A stretch of 64,000 nt of DNA from sequence record PZ154895.1, one strand, 5' to 3'. Of this stretch, positions 36,783-47,199 are shown piece after piece. The stretch is from a phage. The notes beneath the pieces are model-generated. The model did no database searches. It worked only from the letters and a program-made list of their open reading frames with translations, and had not been told where the DNA came from. The position numbers and the translations under genes were made by a program. Positions within the stretch are counted from its first letter, which is position 1, and each line of letters starts with the position of its first letter.

Positions 36783-38600
36783 ATGATTAAGAATGAAATT
36801 AAAATTCTGAGCGATATTGAACATATCAAAAAGCGTAGCGGCATGTACATTGGTTCTTCTGCTAATGAAATGCATGAGCGCTTTCTGTTTGGTAAATGGG
36901 AAAGTGTTCAGTATGTACCTGGTCTTGTTAAGCTTATTGATGAAATTATCGATAACTCAGTAGATGAAGGTATTCGTACTAAGTTTAAATTCGCAAATAA
37001 AATTAATGTTACTATTAAAAACAATCAAGTAACAGTTGAAGATAACGGTCGTGGTATTCCGCAGGCGATGGTTAAAACACCTACTGGTGAAGAAATTCCT
37101 GGTCCAGTTGCTGCATGGACTATTCCAAAAGCAGGTGGTAACTTCGGTGATGATAAAGAACGCGTCACTGGTGGTATGAACGGTGTTGGTTCTAGTTTAA
37201 CTAACATTTTTTCTGTGATGTTTGTCGGTGAAACTGGTGATGGTCAAAATAATATTGTAGTTCGTTGTTCAAACGGCATGGAAAATAAATCGTGGGAAGA
37301 TATTCCTGGAAAATGGAAAGGAACTCGCGTTACTTTCATTCCTGATTTTATGTCATTTGAAACTAATGAGCTATCTCAAGTTTATCTTGACATTACACTG
37401 GATCGTCTCCAGACACTTGCAGTAGTTTATCCTGATATTCAATTTACATTTAATGGTAAAAAGGTTCAGGGTAATTTTAAGAAATATGCACGCCAATATG
37501 ATGAACATGCTATTGTTCAAGAACAAGAAAATTGTTCTATTGCGGTCGGTCGTTCACCTGATGGTTTTCGTCAATTAACATACGTCAATAACATTCATAC
37601 TAAGAATGGTGGCCATCATATTGACTGTGTTATGGATGATATTTGTGAAGACCTTATTCCACAAATCAAACGTAAATTCAAAATTGATGTAACTAAAGCA
37701 CGTGTTAAAGAATGCTTGACTATCGTTATGTTTGTTCGTGATATGAAAAACATGCGATTTGATTCTCAAACTAAAGAGCGTTTGACTTCTCCATTTGGTG
37801 AAATCCGTAGTCATATTCAGCTTGATGCTAAAAAGATTTCACGTGCTATTTTGAATAATGAAGCAATTTTAATGCCAATTATTGAAGCTGCATTGGCTCG
37901 TAAATTGGCGGCAGAAAAAGCAGCTGAAACTAAAGCAGCTAAAAAGGCCTCTAAAGCTAAGGTTCATAAACATATTAAAGCGAATCTTTGTGGTAAAGAT
38001 GCTGACACTACTCTTTTCTTGACTGAGGGTGATTCTGCTATCGGATATCTTATTGATGTTCGTGATAAAGAACTTCATGGCGGTTATCCATTGCGTGGTA
38101 AAGTTCTCAACAGTTGGGGTATGTCATATGCTGATATGCTTAAAAACAAAGAACTGTTTGATATTTGCGCAATCACTGGATTAGTTCTTGGTGAAAAAGC
38201 CGAAAACTTGAATTATCATAATATTGCTATTATGACTGATGCTGACCATGATGGTCTAGGAAGCATTTATCCTTCTCTGCTCGGATTTTTTAGTAATTGG
38301 CCAGAATTGTTTGAACAAGGAAGAATTCGCTTTGTCAAAACTCCTGTAATCATCGCTCAGGTCGGTAAAAAACAAGAATGGTTTTATACAGTCGCTGAAT
38401 ATGAGAGTGCCAAAGATGCTCTACCTAAACATAGCATCCGTTATATTAAAGGACTTGGCTCTTTGGAAAAATCTGAATATCGTGAGATGATTCAAAATCC
38501 AGTATATGATGTTGTTAAACTTCCTGAGAATTGGAAAGAGCTTTTTGAAATGCTCATGGGAGATAATGCTGACCTTCGTAAAGAATGGATGAGCCAGTAG
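36783..38600 (+). CDS. 39: gp39 topoisomerase II large subunit, uninterrupted (GyrB-like, includes the part encoded by gene 60 in T4)
   Basis: 605 aa single ORF; GHKL ATPase and TOPRIM motifs; C-terminus ...MGDNADLRKEWMSQ. Confidence 0.93.
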   Translation: MIKNEIKILSDIEHIKKRSGMYIGSSANEMHERFLFGKWESVQYVPGLVKLIDEIIDNSVDEGIRTKFKFANKINVTIKNNQVTVEDNGRGIPQAMVKTPTGEEIPGPVAAWTIPKAGGNFGDDKERVTGGMNGVGSSLTNIFSVMFVGETGDGQNNIVVRCSNGMENKSWEDIPGKWKGTRVTFIPDFMSFETNELSQVYLDITLDRLQTLAVVYPDIQFTFNGKKVQGNFKKYARQYDEHAIVQEQENCSIAVGRSPDGFRQLTYVNNIHTKNGGHHIDCVMDDICEDLIPQIKRKFKIDVTKARVKECLTIVMFVRDMKNMRFDSQTKERLTSPFGEIRSHIQLDAKKISRAILNNEAILMPIIEAALARKLAAEKAAETKAAKKASKAKVHKHIKANLCGKDADTTLFLTEGDSAIGYLIDVRDKELHGGYPLRGKVLNSWGMSYADMLKNKELFDICAITGLVLGEKAENLNYHNIAIMTDADHDGLGSIYPSLLGFFSNWPELFEQGRIRFVKTPVIIAQVGKKQEWFYTVAEYESAKDALPKHSIRYIKGLGSLEKSEYREMIQNPVYDVVKLPENWKELFEMLMGDNADLRKEWMSQ

Positions 38601-38629
38601 TTTACTTTACCACAAGGATGTGGTATAAT
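38600..38629 (+). promoter_or_regulatory. early promoter
   Basis: TAG-GTTTAC fusion with gene 39 stop; 18 nt; TGTGGTATAAT. Confidence 0.55.
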
Positions 38630-38654
38630 TAATTGGGTAAATGAGGATATTGAA

Positions 38655-38858
38655 ATGAAATCATATAGAGTAAATTTAGAACTTTTTGATAAAGCAGTTC
38701 ATCGAGAATATAGAATCATTCAACGCTTTTTCGATATGGGAGAAGCCGAAGAGTTTAAAAACCGCTTTAAGGACATTAGAGATAAAATTCAATCCGACAC
38801 TGCAACTAAAGATGAACTACTAGAAGTTGCTGAAGTTATTAAACGCAATATGAATTAA
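38655..38858 (+). CDS. hypothetical protein, 67 aa
   Basis: ORF directly upstream of rIIA. Confidence 0.45.
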   Translation: MKSYRVNLELFDKAVHREYRIIQRFFDMGEAEEFKNRFKDIRDKIQSDTATKDELLEVAEVIKRNMN

Positions 38859-38868
38859 TGAGGAAATT

Positions 38869-41046
38869 ATGATTATCACCACTGAAAAAGAAACAATTCT
38901 TGGTAATGGTTCTAAATCAAAAGCATTTAGCATCGCAGCAAATCCTAAAGTATTTAAAATTCTATCATCTGATTTGTATACAAACAAGATTCGTGCAGTA
39001 GTCCGTGAATTGATTACCAACATGATTGATGCCCATGCTCTCAATGGAAATCCTGAAAAATTTATCATTCAAGTTCCAGGACGATTAGATCCGCGATTTG
39101 TTTGTCGAGATTTTGGTCCGGGTATGAGCGATTTTGATATTCAGGGTGATGATAATTCTCCTGGGTTGTATAATTCATACTTTAGTTCATCTAAGGCTGA
39201 ATCTAACGATTTCATTGGCGGATTTGGTTTAGGTTCTAAATCCCCGTTTAGTTATACTGATACATTCAGTATTACTTCATATCATAAAGGCGAAATTCGC
39301 GGTTATGTAGCTTACATGGATGGTGACGGTCCGCAAATTAAACCTACATTCGTAAAAGAAATGGGTCCAAATGATAAAACTGGTATTGAAATCGTAGTTC
39401 CAGTTGAAGAAAAAGATTTTAGAAACTTTGCTTATGAAGTTTCTTATATCATGCGACCATTCAAAGATTTAGCTATCATTAACGGTCTTGACCGCGAAAT
39501 TGATTATTTTCCGGATTTTGATGATTATTACGGCGTAAATCCAGAAAGATACTGGCCAGATCGCGGTGGATTGTATGCTATCTATGGCGGCATTGTTTAT
39601 CCTATCGAAGGTGTTATTAGAGATCGTAACTGGTTAAGCATCCGCAATGAAGTGAATTACATTAAGTTTCCAATGGGTTCACTTGATATTGCTCCATCAC
39701 GCGAAGCTCTTTCATTAGATGATCGTACTCGTAAAAATATTATTGAGCGTGTTAAAGAGCTTAGTGAAAAGGCATTCAATGAAGATGTAAAACGATTTAA
39801 AGAATCTACATCTCCTCGTCATACATACCGTGAATTGATGAAGATGGGATATTCTGCTCGAGATTATATGATTAGTAATTCAGTCAAATTTACGACTAAA
39901 AATCTGTCATATAAGAAGATGCAGAGCATGTTTGAACCTGATAGTAAACTATGCAATGCAGGAGTTGTGTATGAAGTAAATCTTGACCCTCGACTGAAAC
40001 GCATTAAGCACAGCCATGAAACTTCAGCCGTTGCATCAAGTTATCGTCTGTTTGGTATTAATACGACAAAAATTAATATTGTTATTGATAATATTAAAAA
40101 TCGTGTTAATATTGTCCGTGGATTAGCACGTGCATTAGATGATAGCGAATTTAATAACACCTTAAATATTCATCACAATGAACGCCTTTTGTTTATTAAT
40201 CCGGAAGTAGAATCACAGATTGATTTGCTTCCTGATATTATGGCAATGTTTGAAAGTGATGAAGTTAACATTCATTATTTGTCAGAAATTGAGGCTTTAG
40301 TTAAAAGTTATATTCCAAAGGCAGTAAAAAGTACAGCTCCTCGTCCTAAAACTGCTACTGCATTTAAGTTTGAAATTAAAGACGGGCGTTGGGAAAAAGA
40401 GGAACTGTTTACACTTACGTCAGAAGCAGATGAAATTACTGGTTATGTAGCATACATGCATCGTTCTGATATTTTCTCTATGGATGGTACTACATCGCTT
40501 TGTCATCCATCTACGAATATTTTGATTCGTATGGCTAATCTTATTGGCATTAATGAATTTTATGTTATTCGTCCGCTTTTACAGAAAAAGGTAAAAGAAC
40601 TTGGTCAGTGCCAATGTATTTTTGAAACTCTACGTGATTTATATGTAGATGCTTTTGACGATGTAGATTATGATAAGTATGTAGGTTATTCAAGTTCAGC
40701 TCAGCGATATATTGATAAAATTATTAAGTATCCTGAACTTGATTTTATGATGAAATATTTCAGTACAGATGAAGTTTCCGAAGAATATACTCGCCTTGGT
40801 AATATGGTTAGTTCATTGCGGGGCGTATATTTCAATGGTGGAAAAGATACCATCGGTCATGACATCTGGACCGTAACTAATCTTTTTGATGAATTATCAC
40901 GTAATGCTTCAAAAAACAGTGATAAAATGGTTGCTGAGTTTACCAAGAAATTCCGTATTGTTTCCGACTTCATCGGTTATCGCAATTCTTTAAGTGATGA
41001 TGAAGTTTCCCAAATCGCTAAAACTATGAAGGCCCTTGCGGCCTAA
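38869..41046 (+). CDS. rIIA: rIIA protein
   Basis: 725 aa; [20 protein letters not shown]... matches T4 rIIA; same length. Confidence 0.95.
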   Translation: MIITTEKETILGNGSKSKAFSIAANPKVFKILSSDLYTNKIRAVVRELITNMIDAHALNGNPEKFIIQVPGRLDPRFVCRDFGPGMSDFDIQGDDNSPGLYNSYFSSSKAESNDFIGGFGLGSKSPFSYTDTFSITSYHKGEIRGYVAYMDGDGPQIKPTFVKEMGPNDKTGIEIVVPVEEKDFRNFAYEVSYIMRPFKDLAIINGLDREIDYFPDFDDYYGVNPERYWPDRGGLYAIYGGIVYPIEGVIRDRNWLSIRNEVNYIKFPMGSLDIAPSREALSLDDRTRKNIIERVKELSEKAFNEDVKRFKESTSPRHTYRELMKMGYSARDYMISNSVKFTTKNLSYKKMQSMFEPDSKLCNAGVVYEVNLDPRLKRIKHSHETSAVASSYRLFGINTTKINIVIDNIKNRVNIVRGLARALDDSEFNNTLNIHHNERLLFINPEVESQIDLLPDIMAMFESDEVNIHYLSEIEALVKSYIPKAVKSTAPRPKTATAFKFEIKDGRWEKEELFTLTSEADEITGYVAYMHRSDIFSMDGTTSLCHPSTNILIRMANLIGINEFYVIRPLLQKKVKELGQCQCIFETLRDLYVDAFDDVDYDKYVGYSSSAQRYIDKIIKYPELDFMMKYFSTDEVSEEYTRLGNMVSSLRGVYFNGGKDTIGHDIWTVTNLFDELSRNASKNSDKMVAEFTKKFRIVSDFIGYRNSLSDDEVSQIAKTMKALAA

Positions 41047-41057
41047 TAAGGAAAATT

Positions 41058-41996
41058 ATGTACAATATTAAATGCCTGACCAAAAACGAACAAGCTGAAA
41101 TTGTCAAACTGTATTCAAGTGGTAATTACACCCAACAGGAATTGGCTGATTGGCAAGGTGTATCGGTTGATACAATCCGTCGTGTTTTGAAAAATGCTGA
41201 AGAAGCTGAGCGCTCCAAAGTTACCATTAACGGTGACATTACAGTTGAAGTTAAGAGCGATGTAGCTATTGCTCCAGTTGCTAAATCTGACATTATTTGG
41301 AATGCATCTAAAAAATTCATTTCAATTACTGTTGACGGTGTAACTTATAACGCAACTCCTAATACTCATTCAAACTTCCAAGAAATTCTTAATCTGCTTG
41401 TTGCAGATAAATTGGAAGAAGCAGCGCAAAAAATTAACGTTCGTCGCGCTGTTGAAAAATATATTTCCGGCGATGTTCGAATTGAAGGTGGAAGCTTGTT
41501 CTATCAAAACATTGAATTGCGGTCTGGTTTAGTTGATCGTATTCTCGATTCGATGGAAAAAGGCGAAAACTTTGAATTTTATTTTCCGTTCTTGGAAAAT
41601 CTGCTGGAAAACCCAAGCCAAAAAGCGGTATCTCGACTCTTTGATTTCTTGGTAGCAAACGATATTGAAATTACAGAAGACGGCTACTTCTATGCTTGGA
41701 AAGTAGTTCGCAGCAATTACTTTGACTGTCACTCAAATACCTTTGATAACAGTCCTGGTAAAGTAGTTAAAATGCCACGTACTCGTGTAAATGACGATGA
41801 TACACAAACTTGTTCTCGTGGTCTGCATGTGTGTTCTAAATCTTATATTCGTCACTTTGGCAGTTCAACCAGCCGAGTTGTAAAAGTTAAAGTACATCCT
41901 CGCGATGTAGTATCAATTCCGATTGATTACAACGATGCTAAAATGCGTACCTGCCAATATGAAGTAGTCGAAGACGTTACTGAACAATTTAAATAA
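41058..41996 (+). CDS. rIIB: rIIB protein
   Basis: 312 aa; MYNIKCLTKNEQAEIVKLYSSGNYTQQELADWQGVSVDTIRRV... matches T4 rIIB. Confidence 0.95.
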   Translation: MYNIKCLTKNEQAEIVKLYSSGNYTQQELADWQGVSVDTIRRVLKNAEEAERSKVTINGDITVEVKSDVAIAPVAKSDIIWNASKKFISITVDGVTYNATPNTHSNFQEILNLLVADKLEEAAQKINVRRAVEKYISGDVRIEGGSLFYQNIELRSGLVDRILDSMEKGENFEFYFPFLENLLENPSQKAVSRLFDFLVANDIEITEDGYFYAWKVVRSNYFDCHSNTFDNSPGKVVKMPRTRVNDDDTQTCSRGLHVCSKSYIRHFGSSTSRVVKVKVHPRDVVSIPIDYNDAKMRTCQYEVVEDVTEQFK

Positions 41997-42012
41997 GGGC
42001 TTCGGCCCTTAT
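41995..42012 (+). terminator. intrinsic terminator AAGGGC-TTCG-GCCCTT
   Basis: Directly after rIIB. Confidence 0.75.
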
Positions 42013-42028
42013 CACATTAAGGAAAATT

Positions 42029-42223
42029 ATGTTAGGTTATCAAGCACGAGTAAAAGAAGAATACGATCAATTAATGCTCAAAATTAATGCACTGAGCAAA
42101 TTTTTAGAAAGCGCAAAGTTTCTAACAGTTAGCGCAGTTGAGCAAGAACTGCTACTTTCGCAGTTTATCTCAATGAAATCTTATGCTGAATGTCTAGAGA
42201 AAAGAATTGCACAATTCAAGTAA
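42029..42223 (+). CDS. hypothetical protein, 64 aa
   Basis: ORF between two terminators. Confidence 0.45.
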   Translation: MLGYQARVKEEYDQLMLKINALSKFLESAKFLTVSAVEQELLLSQFISMKSYAECLEKRIAQFK

Positions 42224-42227
42224 AATA

Positions 42228-42246
42228 AAGGGCTTCGGCCCTTTTG
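42228..42246 (+). terminator. intrinsic terminator AAGGGC-TTCG-GCCCTT-TTG
   Basis: 6-bp stem, UUCG loop, T run. Confidence 0.8.
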
Positions 42247-42309
42247 TTTTAAGGGAAGTTATGATTTATTATATGAATATCAGTAATTCCGACGTGAAAG
42301 GAAAGTTTA

Positions 42310-42867
42310 ATGCAGAAAACAAATCCGGGTTTACAGAGACTATTTCAGATTCCGACATTTATCCTATCGAACGGTGACTTGACTAGTGAAATGAAGGTCA
42401 AAATTGCTGATACAGCAAGATACTCTTTAAAACAAAATCCTAATCAGGATAAAGCAGAAGTCATCGAAAGATGCCGTATCGCTGTGTATGCAGAGTTTTT
42501 TGTAGCAGATTGGCTGAGCGGGTATGTTAACAAAGGCCAAGAGGATGTTAATGACCCGTATACATACGCATGGGATGTATTGGCGCATCCAAGATATTGC
42601 GGGCTTCGTGTAGAAGTTAAGACACACCAAACTGACTCACGTTGGATTTCTGTAACAACCGGATGCAGCGGAGAGTATCCATATGGTTCTGGAATAAATC
42701 TAGGGCCCATTCTAAATCATCAAGTCGCTGACTGTATAATTATATTCAACACTAAAGAAATTCATCCAGGTGTCATCCAGTACACTCCGAAGTTCATCGG
42801 TGACAGAGAAGACCTTCGTAAGGTTGTAAGAAAAAGCAACTACAACGGATGGTATCTTTCCATTTAA
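42310..42867 (+). CDS. denB: DenB endonuclease IV (by size and position)
   Basis: 185 aa ORF next to rIIB, as in T4. Confidence 0.75.
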   Translation: MQKTNPGLQRLFQIPTFILSNGDLTSEMKVKIADTARYSLKQNPNQDKAEVIERCRIAVYAEFFVADWLSGYVNKGQEDVNDPYTYAWDVLAHPRYCGLRVEVKTHQTDSRWISVTTGCSGEYPYGSGINLGPILNHQVADCIIIFNTKEIHPGVIQYTPKFIGDREDLRKVVRKSNYNGWYLSI

Positions 42868-42885
42868 AAAAAATTTCACAAAACA

Positions 42886-42915
42886 GTTTACATACCACAA
42901 GGACTGTGGTACTAT
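42886..42915 (+). promoter_or_regulatory. early promoter cassette
   Basis: GTTTAC 42886-42891, 18 nt, TGGTACTATAC. Confidence 0.55.
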
Positions 42916-42942
42916 ACAACTATCAGCTACGGAGGAGTAAAA

Positions 42943-43206
42943 ATGAAATTTAAATTTTATTACGCTAAACATAAAATTACCGGTGAATTTATTGCATTTA
43001 CGACTTCAACTACAGGTGAAGGAGATATTTTTACTGCAGTATTTTTATCAAAATGGGAATCAGATCAACCTTACTTATCATCACGTGAAGATCTCCAACG
43101 ATTAGTTAATGGAGAATATAATGATTCATGGTCATATTTAGTCCATGATTGTGTTAAAAAGGCAATAAAACAAAAACACCTGGAAATCGTTGAGATTGAA
43201 CTATGA
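42943..43206 (+). CDS. hypothetical protein, 87 aa
   Basis: GGAGGAG RBS. Confidence 0.45.
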   Translation: MKFKFYYAKHKITGEFIAFTTSTTGEGDIFTAVFLSKWESDQPYLSSREDLQRLVNGEYNDSWSYLVHDCVKKAIKQKHLEIVEIEL

Positions 43207-43391
43207 GTTCACTGTGGTGGTGTTTTGTTTGGTTAATTAGTATTCCAGTAATTTGTTTAACATTTACTTTTGTGATGAGGTTATTATGAAAATTTTGAAT
43301 TCTGTACTTATTGCTTGTGCGTGGTGGGTTGTGCAAGTTTCAGCGGTAGTAGTTGGTATTCACATTTATTACGAATATTTTTAAAAAAGTT

Positions 43392-43421
43392 GTTTACAAG
43401 ACTGTTCTTCCGTGGTACTAT
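43392..43421 (+). promoter_or_regulatory. early promoter cassette
   Basis: GTTTAC 43392-43397, 18 nt, TGGTACTAT. Confidence 0.55.
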
Positions 43422-43449
43422 TACCCTATCAACTACGGAGGAACAGAAA

Positions 43450-43563
43450 ATGAAAAAGATTGTTAAAGCTATATGGAATGTAGTTATAATACTAATAGTT
43501 TTGAGTATATTCCCAATCGTTTTAATGATTGATGTATTAAACGTTTACTTTGGATTTATGTGA
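43450..43563 (+). CDS. hypothetical small membrane peptide, 37 aa
   Basis: GGAGGAA RBS; single TM helix; track ORF 43315 trimmed. Confidence 0.3.
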   Translation: MKKIVKAIWNVVIILIVLSIFPIVLMIDVLNVYFGFM

Positions 43564-43570
43564 GGAAAAT

Positions 43571-43768
43571 ATGAAGCGTAAACGCAGTGCTTTTACATTT
43601 ATTGAATGGTTTTTCGATAATATTTTTCCGGCTTTATTCATTTTCATGCTGATTTTTGCCTTAGGTTCAGTTGTAGTTGGAATCTATTTGATGACAGTAG
43701 TCGGAATTGATATTCGTCAAAATGGTTTAAAATCTGTGGTTGAAACAATTTGGAATGGTGTAAAATAA
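43571..43768 (+). CDS. hypothetical small membrane protein, 65 aa
   Basis: GAGGAAA RBS; hydrophobic core. Confidence 0.4.
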   Translation: MKRKRSAFTFIEWFFDNIFPALFIFMLIFALGSVVVGIYLMTVVGIDIRQNGLKSVVETIWNGVK

Positions 43769-43871
43769 GCATTTGGTTTTATATTCTTATGTTTTACATT
43801 GGTGCAAATTTTCCATATTGGATGGGATGGTCAACAACTGCATTTGGATTTTATACTCCTTGAGGTGAATT

Positions 43872-44087
43872 ATGAAAAGTTTTAAAGATGTAAAAGTTGG
43901 TGAAATTTTTTGTTTAGATAACGGTGATCAGTTAATTCGTATTTCACCTCTTAAGAGCACTAGCGAGAAACCGACAGTTAACGCTACTTTAGCAAATAAC
44001 AGTAATGAACGTTTCTGTATTGAAAATGATACTGAAACTTATACCGTAGAAGAGTTCTGGGAATTGAGCGTCGACTGCGACGATTAA
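43872..44087 (+). CDS. hypothetical protein, 71 aa
   Basis: ORF with GAGG RBS. Confidence 0.45.
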   Translation: MKSFKDVKVGEIFCLDNGDQLIRISPLKSTSEKPTVNATLANNSNERFCIENDTETYTVEEFWELSVDCDD

Positions 44088-44146
44088 TTTATCGGCCGTA
44101 TGTATTCATGCGGCCTTGGAGTAGAAAATAATTAGAGGAAATTAAT

Positions 44147-44605
44147 ATGAAATATATGACTGTTACTGATCTGAACAATGCAGGCGCTACTGTTATTGGT
44201 ACAATCAAGGGTGGTGAATGGTTTTTAGGAACTCCGCATAAAGATATTTTATCTAAACCTGGATTTTACTTTTTAGTAAGTAAATTAGATGGTCGTCCAT
44301 TTAGTAATCCATGTGTGTCTGCACGATTTTATGTAGGTAATCAGCGTTCTAAGCAAGGATTCAGTGCAGTTCTAAGTCATATTCGTCAACGTCGGTCTCA
44401 GCTTGCACGTACTATTGCAAATAACAATGTTCCATACACAGTATTTTATCTGCCTGCTTCTAAGATGAAACCTCTGACGACGGGATTTGGTAAAGGTCAG
44501 TTAGCTTTGGCGTTTACTCGTAATCATCATTCTGAGTATCAAACACTTGAAGAAATGAATCGTATGTTGGCTGATAACTTTAAATTCGTTTTGCAGGCAT
44601 ATTAA
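44147..44605 (+). CDS. ndd: Ndd nucleoid disruption protein (by size and position)
   Basis: 152 aa, immediately upstream of stp as in T4. Confidence 0.8.
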
Positions 44606-44685
44606 TGAGTAATTTCCACAACGAACACGTGATGCAGTTCTATCGTAACAATCTTAAAACCAAAGGCGTCTTCGGACGCCAGTGA
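44605..44685 (+). CDS. stp: Stp peptide (activator of host PrrC anticodon nuclease)
   Basis: 26 aa [26 protein letters not shown] matching T4 Stp as recalled; TAATG overlap with ndd. Confidence 0.75.
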
Positions 44686-44692
44686 GGAAAAT

Positions 44693-44851
44693 ATGAATAT
44701 CGCAAAATTATTAGGAGTTATTTCATTTATTTGTTGGATAGTAGCATGTGTTTTAACTATCTGTATTGATGCCAGCAGTGTGTTTTCGCAAGCTTTAGCT
44801 CAGGGTATGTGTGCATATTTAACATTTGTGTTGTTATCTACTAATGATTAA
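44693..44851 (+). CDS. ac: small membrane protein at the ac (acridine sensitivity) position
   Basis: 52 aa hydrophobic ORF between stp and gene 52. Confidence 0.45.
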   Translation: MNIAKLLGVISFICWIVACVLTICIDASSVFSQALAQGMCAYLTFVLLSTND

Positions 44852-44984
44852 GAAAATCTTGGGCTATTCATTAGCCCTTGCTATTTTATTGATAGCATTA
44901 TATTACGGAATAATGTTCGGATTAATTCAAGTCGTGCTTTTCATTTCCGATGTTATTATGGCACTACATTCACTAGTATGGTAA
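44844..44984 (+). CDS. hypothetical small membrane protein, 46 aa
   Basis: Hydrophobic ORF overlapping ac stop; not in track. Confidence 0.3.
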   Translation: MIKKILGYSLALAILLIALYYGIMFGLIQVVLFISDVIMALHSLVW

Positions 44985-44988
44985 ATTT

Positions 44989-46317
44989 ATGCAACTGAAT
45001 AATCGCGATTTAAAAAGTATCATTGATAATGAAGCATTGGCTTATGCTATGTACACGGTTGAAAATCGTGCTATTCCAAATATGATTGATGGATTTAAGC
45101 CAGTCCAACGATTTGTTATTGCTCGAGCTCTTGATTTGGCGCGAGGAAATAAAGATAAGTTTCACAAACTTGCTTCTATTGCAGGTGGTGTAGCGGACCT
45201 TGGATATCATCATGGTGAAAACTCTGCGCAAGACGCGGGGGCTTTGATGGCTAATACTTGGAATAATAACTTTCCTTTGTTAGATGGTCAAGGAAACTTT
45301 GGTTCTCGTACCGTTCAAAAAGCAGCGGCAAGTCGTTATATTTTTGCTCGTGTAAGTAAAAATTTCTATAGCGTATATAAAGATACTGAATATGCTCCGG
45401 TACATCAAGATAAAGAACACATTCCTCCTGCTTTCTATTTGCCTATTATTCCTACTGTTCTTCTTAATGGTGTTTCCGGTATTGCAACTGGTTATGCAAC
45501 TTACATTCTTCCTCATAGTGTTTCTTCTGTCAAGAAAGCTGTATTGCAAGCTCTTCAAGGAAAGAAAGTAACTAAACCGAAGGTAGAATTCCCAGAATTT
45601 CGCGGTGAAGTCGTTGAAATTGACGGTCAATATGAAATTCGTGGAACGTACAAGTTTACTTCACGAACTCAAATGCATATCACTGAGATTCCGTATAAGT
45701 ATGATCGTGAAACTTATGTGAGTAAAATCTTAGACCCGCTTGAAGATAAAGGCTTCATTACGTGGGATGATGCTTGCGGTGAGCATGGTTTTGGCTTTAA
45801 AGTTAAATTCCGCAAAGAATATTCTTTGAGCGATAACGAAGAAGAACGCCATGCAAAAATCATGAAAGACTTCGGGTTGATTGAGCGTCGTTCCCAAAAT
45901 ATTACAGTCATCAACGAGAAAGGAAAGTTACAAGTTTACGATAACGTAGTTGATTTAATTAAAGACTTCGTTGAAGTTCGTAAAACTTATGTCCAAAAAC
46001 GAATTGATAACAAAATCAAAGAAACTGAATCAGCATTTCGTTTAGCCTTTGCCAAGGCGCATTTCATTAAGAAAGTAATTTCAGGTGAAATTGTTGTGCA
46101 GGGTAAAACTCGTAAAGAACTGACCGAAGAACTTTCTAAAATTGAGATGTATTCTTCTTATGTTGATAAACTAGTCGGAATGAATATTTTTCATATGACT
46201 TCCGACGAAGCAAAGAAACTTGCTGAAGAAGCTAAAGCTAAGAAAGAAGAAAACGAATATTGGAAAACTACTGATGTAGTTACAGAATACACCAAAGATT
46301 TAGAGGAAATCAAATGA
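44989..46317 (+). CDS. 52: gp52 topoisomerase II medium subunit (GyrA-like)
   Basis: 442 aa; ...IDGFKPVQRFVIARA... active-site region. Confidence 0.93.
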   Translation: MQLNNRDLKSIIDNEALAYAMYTVENRAIPNMIDGFKPVQRFVIARALDLARGNKDKFHKLASIAGGVADLGYHHGENSAQDAGALMANTWNNNFPLLDGQGNFGSRTVQKAAASRYIFARVSKNFYSVYKDTEYAPVHQDKEHIPPAFYLPIIPTVLLNGVSGIATGYATYILPHSVSSVKKAVLQALQGKKVTKPKVEFPEFRGEVVEIDGQYEIRGTYKFTSRTQMHITEIPYKYDRETYVSKILDPLEDKGFITWDDACGEHGFGFKVKFRKEYSLSDNEEERHAKIMKDFGLIERRSQNITVINEKGKLQVYDNVVDLIKDFVEVRKTYVQKRIDNKIKETESAFRLAFAKAHFIKKVISGEIVVQGKTRKELTEELSKIEMYSSYVDKLVGMNIFHMTSDEAKKLAEEAKAKKEENEYWKTTDVVTEYTKDLEEIK

Positions 46318-46463
46318 GTCCATTTATAGGTATTACAAGCGCTGCATTAGTATCCGGTGGCATTTTACTGGCGGGTTTAGGTGTTGTTCCAGCTGTAGCA
46401 GGAGGTCTTCTTGCGTTCGGCATTCAACGTGTTATCATGACAGTTATCACAGTCATGCAGTAA
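46314..46463 (+). CDS. hypothetical small membrane protein, 49 aa
   Basis: ATGA overlap with gene 52; Gly/Ala-rich hydrophobic; not in track. Confidence 0.35.
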   Translation: MSPFIGITSAALVSGGILLAGLGVVPAVAGGLLAFGIQRVIMTVITVMQ

Positions 46464-46468
46464 TTTTA

Positions 46469-46490
46469 GGGAGAGCCGAGGCTCTCCCTT
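46469..46490 (+). terminator. intrinsic terminator GGGAGAGC-CGAG-GCTCTCCC
   Basis: 8-bp stem then TT. Confidence 0.6.
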
Positions 46491-46553
46491 CCAAAGCATA
46501 CTGTGGTACTATACAACTATCAACTACTGATACAGAATTACGGAGATTAGAAA

Positions 46554-47189
46554 ATGTCTAAAGTAACTTACATCATCAAAGCTTCTAACGATGTTCTGAA
46601 TGAAAAAACTGCTGCGATTTTAATTACCATTGCTAAGAAAGATTTCATTACAGCTGCAGAAGTTCGTGAGGTGCATCCAGATTTAGGTAACGCAGTAGTT
46701 AATAGTAATATTGGGGTATTGATTAAAAAAGGCCTGGTGGAGAAATCTGGTGATGGATTAATCATTACAGGTGAAGCTCAGGATATTATTTCAAATGCAG
46801 CAACTTTATACGCACAGGAAAACGCTCCTGAACTGCTGAAAAAACGAGCAACTCGTAAAGCTCGTGAGATTACTTCTGATATGGAAGAAGATAAAGACTT
46901 CATGTTAAAACTTTTAGATGAAAATGGATTTGTTCTTAAAAAGGTTGAAACTTATCGTAGTAACTATCTCGCTATTTTAGAAAAACGCACTCACGGAATT
47001 CGCAATTTTGAAATTAACAACAATGGAAATATGCGAATTTTTGGATACAAAATGATGGAACATCATATTCAGAAATTTACTGATATCGGAATGTCATGTA
47101 AAATCGCTAAAAACGGTAATGTGTATCTTGACATTAAACGCTCAGCAGAAAACATTGAAGCTGTAATCACCGTGGCATCTGAACTGTGA
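46554..47189 (+). CDS. motA: MotA middle-transcription activator
   Basis: 211 aa; MSKVTYIIKASNDVLNEKTAAILITIAKKDFITAAEVREVHPDLGNAVVNSNIGVLIKKG... matches T4 MotA. Confidence 0.95.
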   Translation: MSKVTYIIKASNDVLNEKTAAILITIAKKDFITAAEVREVHPDLGNAVVNSNIGVLIKKGLVEKSGDGLIITGEAQDIISNAATLYAQENAPELLKKRATRKAREITSDMEEDKDFMLKLLDENGFVLKKVETYRSNYLAILEKRTHGIRNFEINNNGNMRIFGYKMMEHHIQKFTDIGMSCKIAKNGNVYLDIKRSAENIEAVITVASEL

Positions 47190-47199
47190 GGAATAAATA

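Noticed and set aside
36783-38868. Gene 60 translational bypass element and mobA endonuclease downstream of gene 39
   Set aside because: gp39 is one continuous 605-aa ORF followed immediately by a promoter and rIIA; there is no room or signal for a separate gene 60 or mobA.
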